A program made the translations under genes and the position numbers. Shown piece by piece: positions 49,165-58,034 of a DNA stretch of 64,000 nucleotides (position 1 is its first letter; each line of letters starts with the position of its first letter). Origin of the DNA: an uncultured Actinomycetota bacterium (GTDB lineage Bacteria > Actinomycetota > Acidimicrobiia > Spongiisociales > UBA5794); contig CAWAUO010000001.1 of assembly GCA_963785245.1 (NCBI GenBank), positions 128,549 to 192,548 of the forward strand, read 5' to 3'. A model generated the notes under the pieces. The model ran no database searches and was not told the origin of the DNA. It saw only the letters and a list, made by a program, of their open reading frames with translations.

Positions 49165-50157
49165 CTATTTCGAATACGGTGAGCCGGCAGGGCCGCGACG
49201 AACGACGGCGGCCCAGACGGTCTCGTAGTGGTCTCGGTCGTACGGGTCGATATGGGGCAGCACGAACTCGTCCCAGGCGCGGCGCAGCGGATCTTCGGCA
49301 GCGCTGTACATGTCGAGACCCGCCGGGATGCGATCGAGGACGGTCCTCAGGCTCATCGGTGTCTCGACCCGGGTCCGAGAATCTCCGGACACGAACGACT
49401 CGTTGATCTCGACAGCGAGCTTCGCGACGAGTTCGACGATCTCCCTGTTGAGCGTCGGGTGACGGCGTTCGATCATCGCCTCGAGCTCTTCCTCCGACGG
49501 GAACTCCTTCTCCCAGATAATCCAGCGATCGGCGAACGCCTTGTTGAGCGTCTGGGTGCCGGCGTAGTCGCGGAGGTCGGTCGGGTTCAGCGTTCCAAAG
49601 ATCCGCACGTCGTCGCGAAGTCGCACCATCTCTCCGGTCTGCAGTTCGAGGGCCTGGTGTCGGTCGAGGAGGCCGTGCAAGGCGAACAGCGTCTCGGCGC
49701 CTGCGGCGTTCAACTCAGAGAGGTTCACCAGTGAAGGGCCGCGGATGGCCCGGGTGATGTCGCCGTCTTGCCAGCGACTCTCGGTACCACCCTTGCCGTC
49801 GCCGTGGAGCTTGACCGACCCGATGAGGGTGATGTCACGGACCTCGCCGGTCAACGGAATTCGGTAGTAGGGGAGGCCGAGGAGAGCCGCGAACTGCTCG
49901 AGGTCGTGATCCTTGCCGGTGCCCATGTGGCCGCGCAGCGCGAGATGCAGGGGGATGCCGACGAAGCGCCGCTCCCGGACGAGTTCGAGGGCAGCGAGGC
50001 GGTAGAGCATACCGAGGTCGACGTAATAGGGATCGGGCTGCGGGATGTGGTCGCGCCGAATGTCTGCGTCCGGAAGGTCGGGCGGGATCGTTGCCTTGTC
50101 GAGGGTGATCGGTGCCCCGATCCCATGAGGGTCTTCAAAGGTGACGGTGTCTGCCAT
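49165..50157 (-). CDS. AAA_5 (MoxR/CbbQ/NorQ/CobS-like) ATPase with non-canonical Walker A and B residues
   Basis: 330 aa; Walker A reads 'GHMGTGKD' (Asp where Ser/Thr is expected). The Walker-B-equivalent reads 'LVNLSELN' (Ser-Glu where Asp-Glu is expected). Confidence 0.75.
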   Translation of the reverse strand: MADTVTFEDPHGIGAPITLDKATIPPDLPDADIRRDHIPQPDPYYVDLGMLYRLAALELVRERRFVGIPLHLALRGHMGTGKDHDLEQFAALLGLPYYRIPLTGEVRDITLIGSVKLHGDGKGGTESRWQDGDITRAIRGPSLVNLSELNAAGAETLFALHGLLDRHQALELQTGEMVRLRDDVRIFGTLNPTDLRDYAGTQTLNKAFADRWIIWEKEFPSEEELEAMIERRHPTLNREIVELVAKLAVEINESFVSGDSRTRVETPMSLRTVLDRIPAGLDMYSAAEDPLRRAWDEFVLPHIDPYDRDHYETVWAAVVRRGPAGSPYSK

Positions 50158-50166
50158 GGATGCTCC

Positions 50167-52143
50167 TCAGCTTGTGTATTGGGCGATCTGTTCGGTTGCG
50201 TGAGTCCACCAGGTGTCCCCACCTTCGTCGGCGATGGATCGGAACAGAGCGGATCGGACTCCGTCGACCATCGCCGATGCGAGTGCGTCGGGACGCTCGA
50301 CGACCTGGTTGCGCGAGTAGGCCGCCTGGACGGTCTCGTCTCCGATCCCGATCCCGAGGACCATCGTGCCCCCTCGTTCGATTGAGGAGGCGGTCTCGGC
50401 GAGCGCTTCGACCGAACCGCGCGTCATCCCATCGGCGAGCACGACGATCATGCGATGGGAGACGTTGCGAGCCGACAGGCGTTCGGCCGCGTGAGCAAGA
50501 TTGAACTCGTCAACGTTCGCTGCCTTGTCGAACATCGAGATCGGGGGAGCGGCGTTCGGGTCCTTCCGTGCCTCCTTGGCCGCTTCCTGAGGCGCCGACG
50601 CCATCCAGAAGAGACCGGCCAGCGCATCTTCGGCGGCCCGCCAGCGTGAAGGGAACGACTTCACCAGGTAGTGGTTCACGGTACGGGTGAGGCGCTCGGC
50701 GGCGCCACCCTGCGTCCGCCTCAGTGCCCCGGTGGCGAGGCCTCTTCGCTCGGTGTAGGAGCGCTCGGTGTCTCCCGCCGCCGCAACGAACCCGCGATTG
50801 AAGATCGCCACTTCGAACTCGATCTGCAACTCGTCGGCGAGGCGAGCAAGTGTCCAGGCCCCGAGCGTGGCCGCGGCCAGCGCCCACGGGCGCTTTCGGT
50901 CGGATCGAATGTCGCGGGGTTGGAGCATCGACGCAGAGCCGTCGACAAGCAGGCTCACACCGTACGATCGGCGATTGGGGAGGTCTCGGCGCTCGAACAT
51001 CCTCTCGTAGAGACCGGCGCCCAGTAGCAGCGGGGTGTAGGGCGAGAGGTCGCCGGCATCGAAGCCGGTGCGGAGCCCTCGTCGCTGGTTCGCAAGGAAG
51101 AGCGGGTAGAGCTCGCCGGAGACACGGCGTTGCGCGACACCCCACTTGCGGGCCGCCGTCTCGAGCATCTCGCGGCCCTGCGGCGCGAACCGTCCGAATT
51201 CGACCGGGAACTCGCCAACGACGAGTTTGCCGGCTTGACCCGTCGGCAGATAGACGGTCGGCGCGGTCGAGACCTTCATCAGCTGGTCGGTCGCCGGATC
51301 GCCCGCCTGATCGACGTCGGCCTGGCGGCCCTGTTCCGCACTCACCGTCTGCGCGGCCTGTCGTGTCTCTTCGTATCGCTCCCGATCGGCGAGGGGCGGC
51401 GTGACGACCCGAACTGCGTCGACGCCCTCGGCGATCTGCATCTGATCGGCCTCCATCTCGCCGCGGCGACCGACTGCCGATCTCGCTGCGGCGCCTTCGG
51501 TGAGGAGTCCGTGCATGCGAGCGACTTCGATCAGTTGAAGCGCGACTCCGCCCACCGCCCAGGGGTCGTCCAGATCGGGGACTAGATCGAGGAAGGGAGT
51601 TGCATCATCGAGCGCGAGGGCGACGTGCGGAGCGACCCGACGCTGCAGATCGTCGCGCTCGAAGTAGTCGCCCACGAGCAAGAAGCAGGAGAGGGCGAAC
51701 TGGCCGAGCGGGCGGGCATTGGCCGAGGCGCCGGGCACGGCGGCCCGATAGAGATCCGAGAGGACTGAGCGGGCCCCGGGGAAGTGGGAAAGATGCCGGG
51801 CTTCCTGACGAGCATCTTCGATCGAGAGGAACATGGCTTCTGCGGCGGGACCCGCGACGGTGTGGAGCGCATCGAGCACCGTGACCGCCCCCGACACGGG
51901 TTCGGGAACGTCGTAGATCTCGTCGAGTTCGCCGTCGGGACCGTAGTCGGTGCCGGGCTCCGCCTCGACCCAGTCGTACGACGTGAGCTCTGCGAGCGGC
52001 GGCGGCTCAGCCCCGTCCTCCTCGAGCGACTGCTGATGAGCGAGCCACGACTCGGGGATCGGACGCTCCTCGTCGAAGTCGGTTGCGATCAGGTGAATCG
52101 CCTCATGGAGAGCGGATGTCAACGCGACTTCGGTCGGTGTCAC
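50167..52143 (-). CDS. vWA-domain protein (CbbO/NorD/ViaA-like partner of the AAA_5 ATPase)
   Basis: C-terminal vWA with MIDAS 'LLVDGSASM'; long N-terminal region of unknown function; GTG start; 9-bp gap to the ATPase gene. Confidence 0.7.
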   Translation of the reverse strand: MTPTEVALTSALHEAIHLIATDFDEERPIPESWLAHQQSLEEDGAEPPPLAELTSYDWVEAEPGTDYGPDGELDEIYDVPEPVSGAVTVLDALHTVAGPAAEAMFLSIEDARQEARHLSHFPGARSVLSDLYRAAVPGASANARPLGQFALSCFLLVGDYFERDDLQRRVAPHVALALDDATPFLDLVPDLDDPWAVGGVALQLIEVARMHGLLTEGAAARSAVGRRGEMEADQMQIAEGVDAVRVVTPPLADRERYEETRQAAQTVSAEQGRQADVDQAGDPATDQLMKVSTAPTVYLPTGQAGKLVVGEFPVEFGRFAPQGREMLETAARKWGVAQRRVSGELYPLFLANQRRGLRTGFDAGDLSPYTPLLLGAGLYERMFERRDLPNRRSYGVSLLVDGSASMLQPRDIRSDRKRPWALAAATLGAWTLARLADELQIEFEVAIFNRGFVAAAGDTERSYTERRGLATGALRRTQGGAAERLTRTVNHYLVKSFPSRWRAAEDALAGLFWMASAPQEAAKEARKDPNAAPPISMFDKAANVDEFNLAHAAERLSARNVSHRMIVVLADGMTRGSVEALAETASSIERGGTMVLGIGIGDETVQAAYSRNQVVERPDALASAMVDGVRSALFRSIADEGGDTWWTHATEQIAQYTS

Positions 52144-52453
52144 CGGGGCACTACGGGCATAGGCAGCCTGGAAGACCCCGGGATCGATGACGATCTCATC
52201 CTTCGAGGCTGAGGCTTGCGAGCCGAGGCGGACACGAAGCTCATCGTTGCCTGAGATGCTGCGCGCAAAACGGGTGATGGCTGGCGCAACGCGCTCGGTA
52301 GCGCGCGACCACGGCCTCGATCACCCGATCTTCGGGCGGGAGGACCTCACGGAGGAATGTTTCGTCGTGCGCGCGCATGAACCCCTGATCCTACGCACCA
52401 CGTCAACCCTGTATCGAGTCTCATCTGGTGCGTTGCGCAGTACGGTTCAGGAC

Positions 52454-52873
52454 ATGGACGATCTCAGGATCAACGACACGCTCTCGATCCCGGCGGACGA
52501 ACTCGAGTGGACGTTCTCACCGTCTGGTGGACCCGGTGGGCAGCACGCCAATCGGTCTTCAACGTGTGCCGAGTTGCGGTTCGACGTGGGCGCCTCACGC
52601 GCCTTCGACGAGGTGATACGGCGGACGGTGCTGCGGAAGATCGATCCCGACACCGTGATTTCCGTGACGGTCGACGAGACGCGGTCCCAATGGCGGAACC
52701 GACAGATGGCGGCGCGGCGACTCGCCGACCGAATCCGCGCCGCCCTCAAGCCCGACCCGCCGCCCCGGCGGCCAACCAAACCGAGCCGTGCTGCGCGACG
52801 CCGCCGGATCGATGAGAAGCGGTCCCGGTCGCGCACCAAGACGTTGCGCAGGACTCCCGGCGTCGAGGACTGA
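52454..52873 (+). CDS. arfB: Alternative ribosome-rescue factor ArfB (peptidyl-tRNA hydrolase)
   Basis: 'SGGPGGQHANRS' GGQ motif plus basic C-terminal tail; ATG 'MDDLRIND' at 52454. Confidence 0.8.
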   Translation: MDDLRINDTLSIPADELEWTFSPSGGPGGQHANRSSTCAELRFDVGASRAFDEVIRRTVLRKIDPDTVISVTVDETRSQWRNRQMAARRLADRIRAALKPDPPPRRPTKPSRAARRRRIDEKRSRSRTKTLRRTPGVED

Positions 52874-52969
52874 CCCCGATCGAAGCGGTGTGCGTTCCTT
52901 CTCCGGCGAGCCGGTAGGCTCCGCGCCGATGACACGATCTGCGCCTTCGAATCGATCGGGCGGCTGTCG

Positions 52970-55201
52970 ATGACGGCACTGATTGCGCGGCTACGCTCGC
53001 TCGGAGCGACCGACGGCAAGGGCCTCGGTACGTTCGTCGGAGTTTTCACTCCTTCGATCCTGACCATCCTCGGTGTCATCCTCTATCTGCGCGCTGGATG
53101 GGTCGTCGGCAATGTCGGCCTCGTCGGCGCCCTCGCAATCGTGGTGCTGGCGAACCTCATCACGCTTGCTACGGCGCTATCGGTGTCGTCCGTGGCAACG
53201 AACATGGAAGTCGGGCCCGGCGGTGCGTACTACATCATCTCGCGCAGCCTCGGCGTTGAGATCGGTGCCGCCATCGGTCTGCCACTGTTCCTTGCCCAAG
53301 CGTTCTCGATCACGCTCTATGCCTACGGCCTCGCAGAGTCGCTCCAGTACGTGTGGTCCGACCTGCCGCAGATGCCGGTCGCAGCAGTCACCGTGCTGCT
53401 GGTGGCGCTGCTTGCCGCACGCGGCGCCGGAGTGGCCCTCCGGCTGCAGTTGCCGATCATGGCCGCGATCGCGCTCTCGCTGATCGTGCTCTTCATCGGC
53501 GTTGCCCGGTCGGTGCCGGACAGCGTCGACCTCGTCGCTCGTGTGCCGGATCCGGTGAGCTTCTGGGCCGTGTTCGCCGTGTTCTTCCCCGCGGTCACGG
53601 GAATCATGGCCGGGATCTCGTTGTCGGGCGATCTCAGGAATCCGACCCGATCGATCCCGAAGGGGACGATTGCTGCGGTGCTCGTCGGCTTCGTCGTGTA
53701 TGTGAGCGTCACGATTGGGCTGGCTCTCGTGGTGTCGCCGCAGGCGCTCGTCAACGATCCGCTCATCTGGTTCACGATCGCCGGTGGCCTCGCCTTCCTG
53801 ATCTTCCCCGGTCTCTGGGGAGCGATCTTCTCCTCCGCGGTCGGCAGTGTCCTGGGGGCTCCCCGAACGCTCGAGGCGCTCGTCAACGACCGCATCCTCC
53901 CGGCACCGGTCGCGGCCAAGATCAGAAGAATCCAGGGTCCGGGCGTGCCGTTGCTCATCACCACAGCGATCGCGTTCGTCGCCGTGGGACTCGGCGGCCT
54001 CAACGCAGTCGCTCCCATCCTCACCATGTTCTTCTTGACGACCTACGGCATGGTCAACCTCGTTGCCGGGCTCGAGCGGCTCAGCGGCGATCCGTCCTTC
54101 CGTCCGACCATGAAGGTGCACTGGGCGGTCTCGCTCGGTGGTGCTGCGGCGTGCTTCTGGGCCATGTTCCTGATCAACCCAATTGCCTCGCTGCTTGCGC
54201 TCATCGTCGAACTGGGTATCTATCTGCTGGTGCGCCGGCGGGCGCTGACGGCACGCTGGGGCGACGTTCGCCGCAGCGCGCTGGTCTCGTTCGTCCGGTC
54301 GACCGTGCTCCAGTTGCGGCGCCTTCCTGAGGAACCCCGCAACTGGCGACCCAACATCCTGATGTTCACCACCGACCCCGAGCGCGACCTCCCGACCGCC
54401 CGATTCGCGAACTGGCTCGTTCAAGACCGCGGGATCCTGACGGTGAACCAACTGATCGAGGGGTCGATCGCCGATCACGTGCATCAGCTTCCGGATGCCG
54501 TCAACGATTTGAACACCTCACTCGAACGGGCCGGGTTGACCGGATTCGGCGAGGTGGAGATCGTGCCTGACATCGGCAGGGGCATGGTGTCGGTCGCTCA
54601 ATCGAACGGGATCGCCGGGATCGCATCGAACACGGTGCTGTTCGGATGGCGGGAGCGACGGGACGAGATGGCGACCGTGCTGCGCGCCATCGAGGACCTC
54701 TCGCTCCTCAGAAAGTCGAGCGTGATCTGCCGGCCCGTTCCGCAGCGTCTCGCCCCGACCGGCCGGTCGATCAACGTGTGGTGGGGTGGGATGCAGCAGA
54801 ACGGCGATCTCCTCGTTCTGTTCGCCCACCTGCTCTCGCTCGATCCTGGGTGGCGTGACGCCACGATCAGCATCAAGTCGATCGCGACCTCGGAGATGAT
54901 GGCCCTGCGGACCGAGCGCTCACTCGAAGAGATGCTCAAGGCCGCACGAATAGGGGCCGAGTTCGAGGTGATCCGCAAGCCCGAGGGCCAGACGATCCAG
55001 GAGATCATCCACAGCCGGTCGAAGGACGCCGAGGTGGTCTTCCTCGGCATGAAGGAGATCGAACCGGACGAGGCCGAAGGTCAGGTTGACCGCCTCCTCG
55101 ACCTGATGTCGGGACTGCAGACGGTTCTGCTGGTCCGCAACTCGGGCCAATTCCGCGGCCAACTCCTCGGCGTCGAACCGGCGACGACGCATCTAGCGTA
55201 G
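52970..55201 (+). CDS. APC-superfamily permease of the cation-chloride-cotransporter (SLC12-like) type with large cytoplasmic C-domain
   Basis: 12-TM amino-acid-permease core ('FVGVFTPSILTILGV', 'FFPAVTGIMAG') followed by an about 300-aa SLC12-type C-terminal domain. Confidence 0.7.
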   Translation: MTALIARLRSLGATDGKGLGTFVGVFTPSILTILGVILYLRAGWVVGNVGLVGALAIVVLANLITLATALSVSSVATNMEVGPGGAYYIISRSLGVEIGAAIGLPLFLAQAFSITLYAYGLAESLQYVWSDLPQMPVAAVTVLLVALLAARGAGVALRLQLPIMAAIALSLIVLFIGVARSVPDSVDLVARVPDPVSFWAVFAVFFPAVTGIMAGISLSGDLRNPTRSIPKGTIAAVLVGFVVYVSVTIGLALVVSPQALVNDPLIWFTIAGGLAFLIFPGLWGAIFSSAVGSVLGAPRTLEALVNDRILPAPVAAKIRRIQGPGVPLLITTAIAFVAVGLGGLNAVAPILTMFFLTTYGMVNLVAGLERLSGDPSFRPTMKVHWAVSLGGAAACFWAMFLINPIASLLALIVELGIYLLVRRRALTARWGDVRRSALVSFVRSTVLQLRRLPEEPRNWRPNILMFTTDPERDLPTARFANWLVQDRGILTVNQLIEGSIADHVHQLPDAVNDLNTSLERAGLTGFGEVEIVPDIGRGMVSVAQSNGIAGIASNTVLFGWRERRDEMATVLRAIEDLSLLRKSSVICRPVPQRLAPTGRSINVWWGGMQQNGDLLVLFAHLLSLDPGWRDATISIKSIATSEMMALRTERSLEEMLKAARIGAEFEVIRKPEGQTIQEIIHSRSKDAEVVFLGMKEIEPDEAEGQVDRLLDLMSGLQTVLLVRNSGQFRGQLLGVEPATTHLA

Positions 55202-55292
55202 GGAACGTCCGCTACCGGAACGTCGACCGCCGTTCTCAGACATAGTGGCGGCGGGCCCGGGTTCCCAGTGCAGCTCCCTATCATCGAGCGAT

Positions 55293-56543
55293 ATGCACTA
55301 CGACCTCACCACGCTGCCCAACGGCCTGCGGATCATCTCTCAGGACATGCCCTCCCTGCGCTCCCTGTCGGTCGGCGCCTGGGTCGGAACGGGGAGCCGC
55401 GACGAAACGCCCGTGGAAGCCGGGGCGAGCCACTTCCTCGAACACTTGCTCTTCAAGGGTTCGGACACCTGGTCGGCACGGAGGATCAGTGAGGCCTTCG
55501 ACGCGATCGGTGCACGTCACAACGCATTCACCTCCAAGGAGTACACCTGCTACTGGGCACGCCTCCGAGATGCCGATCTCGATCTGGGTGTCGAGATCCT
55601 CGGTGAGATGGTTCAACGGCCGGCGTTCCGTCAAGAGGAGATCGACAACGAGCGCGGGGTCGTACTCGAAGAGATCAACATGAACGAGGACGACCCGACC
55701 GACGTCGCCCACGAGCAGTTCGTCACCGCTATGTGGGAGCACCATCCGTTGGCGCCACCGATTCTCGGTACGAGGAACTCAATCGCAACGATGAGTCGCG
55801 ACACGATCCGCGACTATTGGGACCGGCGCTACTCGCCGGAGTCGACGGTTATCGCTGCGGCAGGTCGGATCGATCACGAAACGCTGGTCGAGGCGGTCGG
55901 TCGTGCGTTTGGCGGCTGGCAAGGATCAACGGACGGGAGGGGTCTCTCGACGCCCGACACCGAAGCCCGCGTTGCAGTCCGTCATCGCGATACCGAGCAG
56001 GCTCATCTCATCCTCGGCGGTCCGAGCCTCGCCCGTGACGACGACCGCCGCTACGCACTGCTTCTCGCCGACCACGTGCTCGGGGGAGGCATGTCGAGTC
56101 GCCTGTTCCGAGAGATCCGCGAGACACGCGGTCTCGCCTACGCGGTCCACGCCTTCCGGATGCCGTTCACCGACGCCGGAGCGAACGCCGTCTACGTCGG
56201 AACGACGCCGTCTCAGACGGCCGAGGTGCTCAAGTTGGTGCGAGCCGAGATGGACAAGATGATGGAGTCGGGCGCGACCGACGAGGAACTCCAGCGGGCG
56301 AAGGGCCACATCCAGGGCTCGCTCGCAATCTCCCTCGAGGATGCCGACGGACGCATGAACCGCCTTGGACGCACCGAGATCTCCGGCATGGAGCATCGCT
56401 CGGTGGATGAGATTGTCGAATTGGTCGATGCCGTCACCACGGCCGATGTCGTCGAGGTTTCGCGGGCCGCGTACGGTGGACCCTACGTGATCGGCGCTAC
56501 GGGGCCGTTCCGGGATGCCGACCTCGAGGAGTTCGTCCGATGA
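55293..56543 (+). CDS. M16-family zinc metallopeptidase (PepR-like)
   Basis: Inverted zincin motif 'HFLEHLLFKG' plus downstream E residues; conserved pairing with dapB. Confidence 0.85.
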   Translation: MHYDLTTLPNGLRIISQDMPSLRSLSVGAWVGTGSRDETPVEAGASHFLEHLLFKGSDTWSARRISEAFDAIGARHNAFTSKEYTCYWARLRDADLDLGVEILGEMVQRPAFRQEEIDNERGVVLEEINMNEDDPTDVAHEQFVTAMWEHHPLAPPILGTRNSIATMSRDTIRDYWDRRYSPESTVIAAAGRIDHETLVEAVGRAFGGWQGSTDGRGLSTPDTEARVAVRHRDTEQAHLILGGPSLARDDDRRYALLLADHVLGGGMSSRLFREIRETRGLAYAVHAFRMPFTDAGANAVYVGTTPSQTAEVLKLVRAEMDKMMESGATDEELQRAKGHIQGSLAISLEDADGRMNRLGRTEISGMEHRSVDEIVELVDAVTTADVVEVSRAAYGGPYVIGATGPFRDADLEEFVR

Positions 56544-57298
56544 TCGTTTCTGTGTCGGGTGCCGGCGGGCGGATGGGGAGTCTGGTCTCCGAGACCGTTG
56601 CCGAGGCTGCCGATCTCGAACTCGGTCCGCTCTACGACCCGCGCGCGACCGGGTCGGTCATCGCAGGCGAGACGGTCGGCGACGACCCCATCGCCCTCGC
56701 CGGGTCCGATGTCGTGGTCGAGTTCACCGAACCCGACGTCGTGATGGAGAACCTCAACACCTGGCGGGACCTCGGCATCAGTGCGGTCGTCGGTACCTCC
56801 GGCTTCGATGCTGCGCAAATCGCGGCGCTTCGCGAGCAGTGGGGGAGCGGCCCTCCGAACTGTCTCATCGTCCCGAACTTCTCGATCGGAGCCGTTGTCA
56901 TGATGCGGCTCTCTGAAATCGCGGCGCCCCATTTCGCCGCCGCTGAGATCATCGAACTCCACCACGACCACAAGGTCGATGCGCCGTCCGGGACCGCGAT
57001 CGCGACGGCAGAGCGGATTGCGAATAGCGCAGACCAGCACAGGGCCGTCGACTCGGTCGAACTCATCCCGGGCGCCCGCGGAGCCGACACGTCCGGTGTC
57101 CCCGTTCACGCGGTTCGGCTACCGGGCCTCGTCGCTCACCAGCAGGTTCTGTTCGGCGGTGTCGGCGAAACGCTGACAATCCGGCACGACACAACGGACC
57201 GCACGGCATTCATGCCGGGAGTTCTCACGGCAGTCCGAGCCGTCGCAGGGCTGGACACGCCGGTCACCGTTGGTCTCGAGTCCGTCCTCGGCATCTGA
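56540..57298 (+). CDS. dapB: 4-hydroxy-tetrahydrodipicolinate reductase
   Basis: 'VSGAGGRMG' NAD(P) motif and 'ELHHDHKVDAPSGTA' substrate-binding motif. Confidence 0.9.
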   Translation: MIVSVSGAGGRMGSLVSETVAEAADLELGPLYDPRATGSVIAGETVGDDPIALAGSDVVVEFTEPDVVMENLNTWRDLGISAVVGTSGFDAAQIAALREQWGSGPPNCLIVPNFSIGAVVMMRLSEIAAPHFAAAEIIELHHDHKVDAPSGTAIATAERIANSADQHRAVDSVELIPGARGADTSGVPVHAVRLPGLVAHQQVLFGGVGETLTIRHDTTDRTAFMPGVLTAVRAVAGLDTPVTVGLESVLGI

Positions 57299-57320
57299 GA
57301 ACCGGGCGGAACGCCGGTCG

Positions 57321-57874
57321 TCAACCCGCGAGGTCGATTGGCCCGCGGTTGCGCGGCTTGAGGCCCTGCTTGTCTCCGTAGAAGACCCGCGCTTCCTCCA
57401 TCCAGCGCTTGGGGTCTCCGTCGACTCTGAGGGACGGCCCGAAGCCCATCTGCTTGGCCTCCCCATCGACGAAGCCCAGGAGGATTGGAACACCGGCGCC
57501 ATCGGCGATGCGCCAGAAGCCCGACTTCCAGGCGGATCCGCTGGCGCGAGTTCCCTCGGGGGCGATGGCGAGAACAAGCGCGTCGGTCTGGTTGAAGGCC
57601 GCGATCATGGTCGCCACGACCGCCTTCGCTCCGCCCTGGACTGCGATCCCCCCCATCGGCGGAGCAGCCAGCCCAACGGACCGACGAAGAGTCCTTCATG
57701 CATCAGGAATCGGGTCTGGAGGCCAAAGTGTCCGGCGATCGCGAGGTATACGAAGAAGTCCCAGTTCGAGGTGTGGGGGTAGCCGATGGCGACGAGCTTC
57801 GGTTCATCCGCGGGGACGCGCCCGACGAAGGTCCACCCGGTGAGCCGGAAGTATGTCTCGCTGAGCCACTTCAT
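57321..57874 (-). pseudogene. Lysophospholipid acyltransferase (PlsC-like) disrupted by a 1-nt indel in a poly-G tract
   Basis: 'HTSNWD' HX4D motif in ORF 57605..58003. The C-terminal half 'IAVQGGAKAVVA...APEGTRS' continues in another frame. The junction is a run of seven G (minus strand) at 57649-57655; eight G would restore '...RRWGGIAVQGG...'. Confidence 0.7.
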
Positions 57875-57900
57875 CGGTAGAACGCTACCCATCCCACCAC

Positions 57901-58031
57901 ACGCTGCGAACCCAGGGTTCTCCACCTTGCATATGACGCCGACAGCCCACGGAATGGAGAGGTTGGCCGGTCGATCGCATTCTATGGGCCCACGGCGCCA
58001 CATAGGACGCGGAGAACCCTGGGTTCGCAGC
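57901..58031. repeat. 131-bp palindromic intergenic element with perfect 22-bp terminal inverted repeats (MITE/REP-like)
   Basis: Left arm 'cgctgcGAACCCAGGGTTCtcc' (57901-57922) and right arm 'ggaGAACCCTGGGTTCgcagcg' (58010-58031) are exact reverse complements. Each arm is itself a near-palindrome. Core shared with 12770-12845. Confidence 0.65.
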
Positions 58032-58034
58032 GTC

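Noticed and set aside
49165-52143. Interpretation of the AAA_5/vWA pair as cobaltochelatase CobS/CobT
   Set aside because: No cobN or other cobalamin-synthesis genes nearby, the gene order is inverted (vWA first), and the pair is coupled to yajQ. CbbQ/NorQ-type chaperone pairing seems more apt, but CobS/CobT identity cannot be fully excluded without HMM scores.
53177-54484. 435-aa minus-strand ORF opposite the SLC12-like transporter
   Set aside because: Shadow ORF; charged low-complexity sequence.
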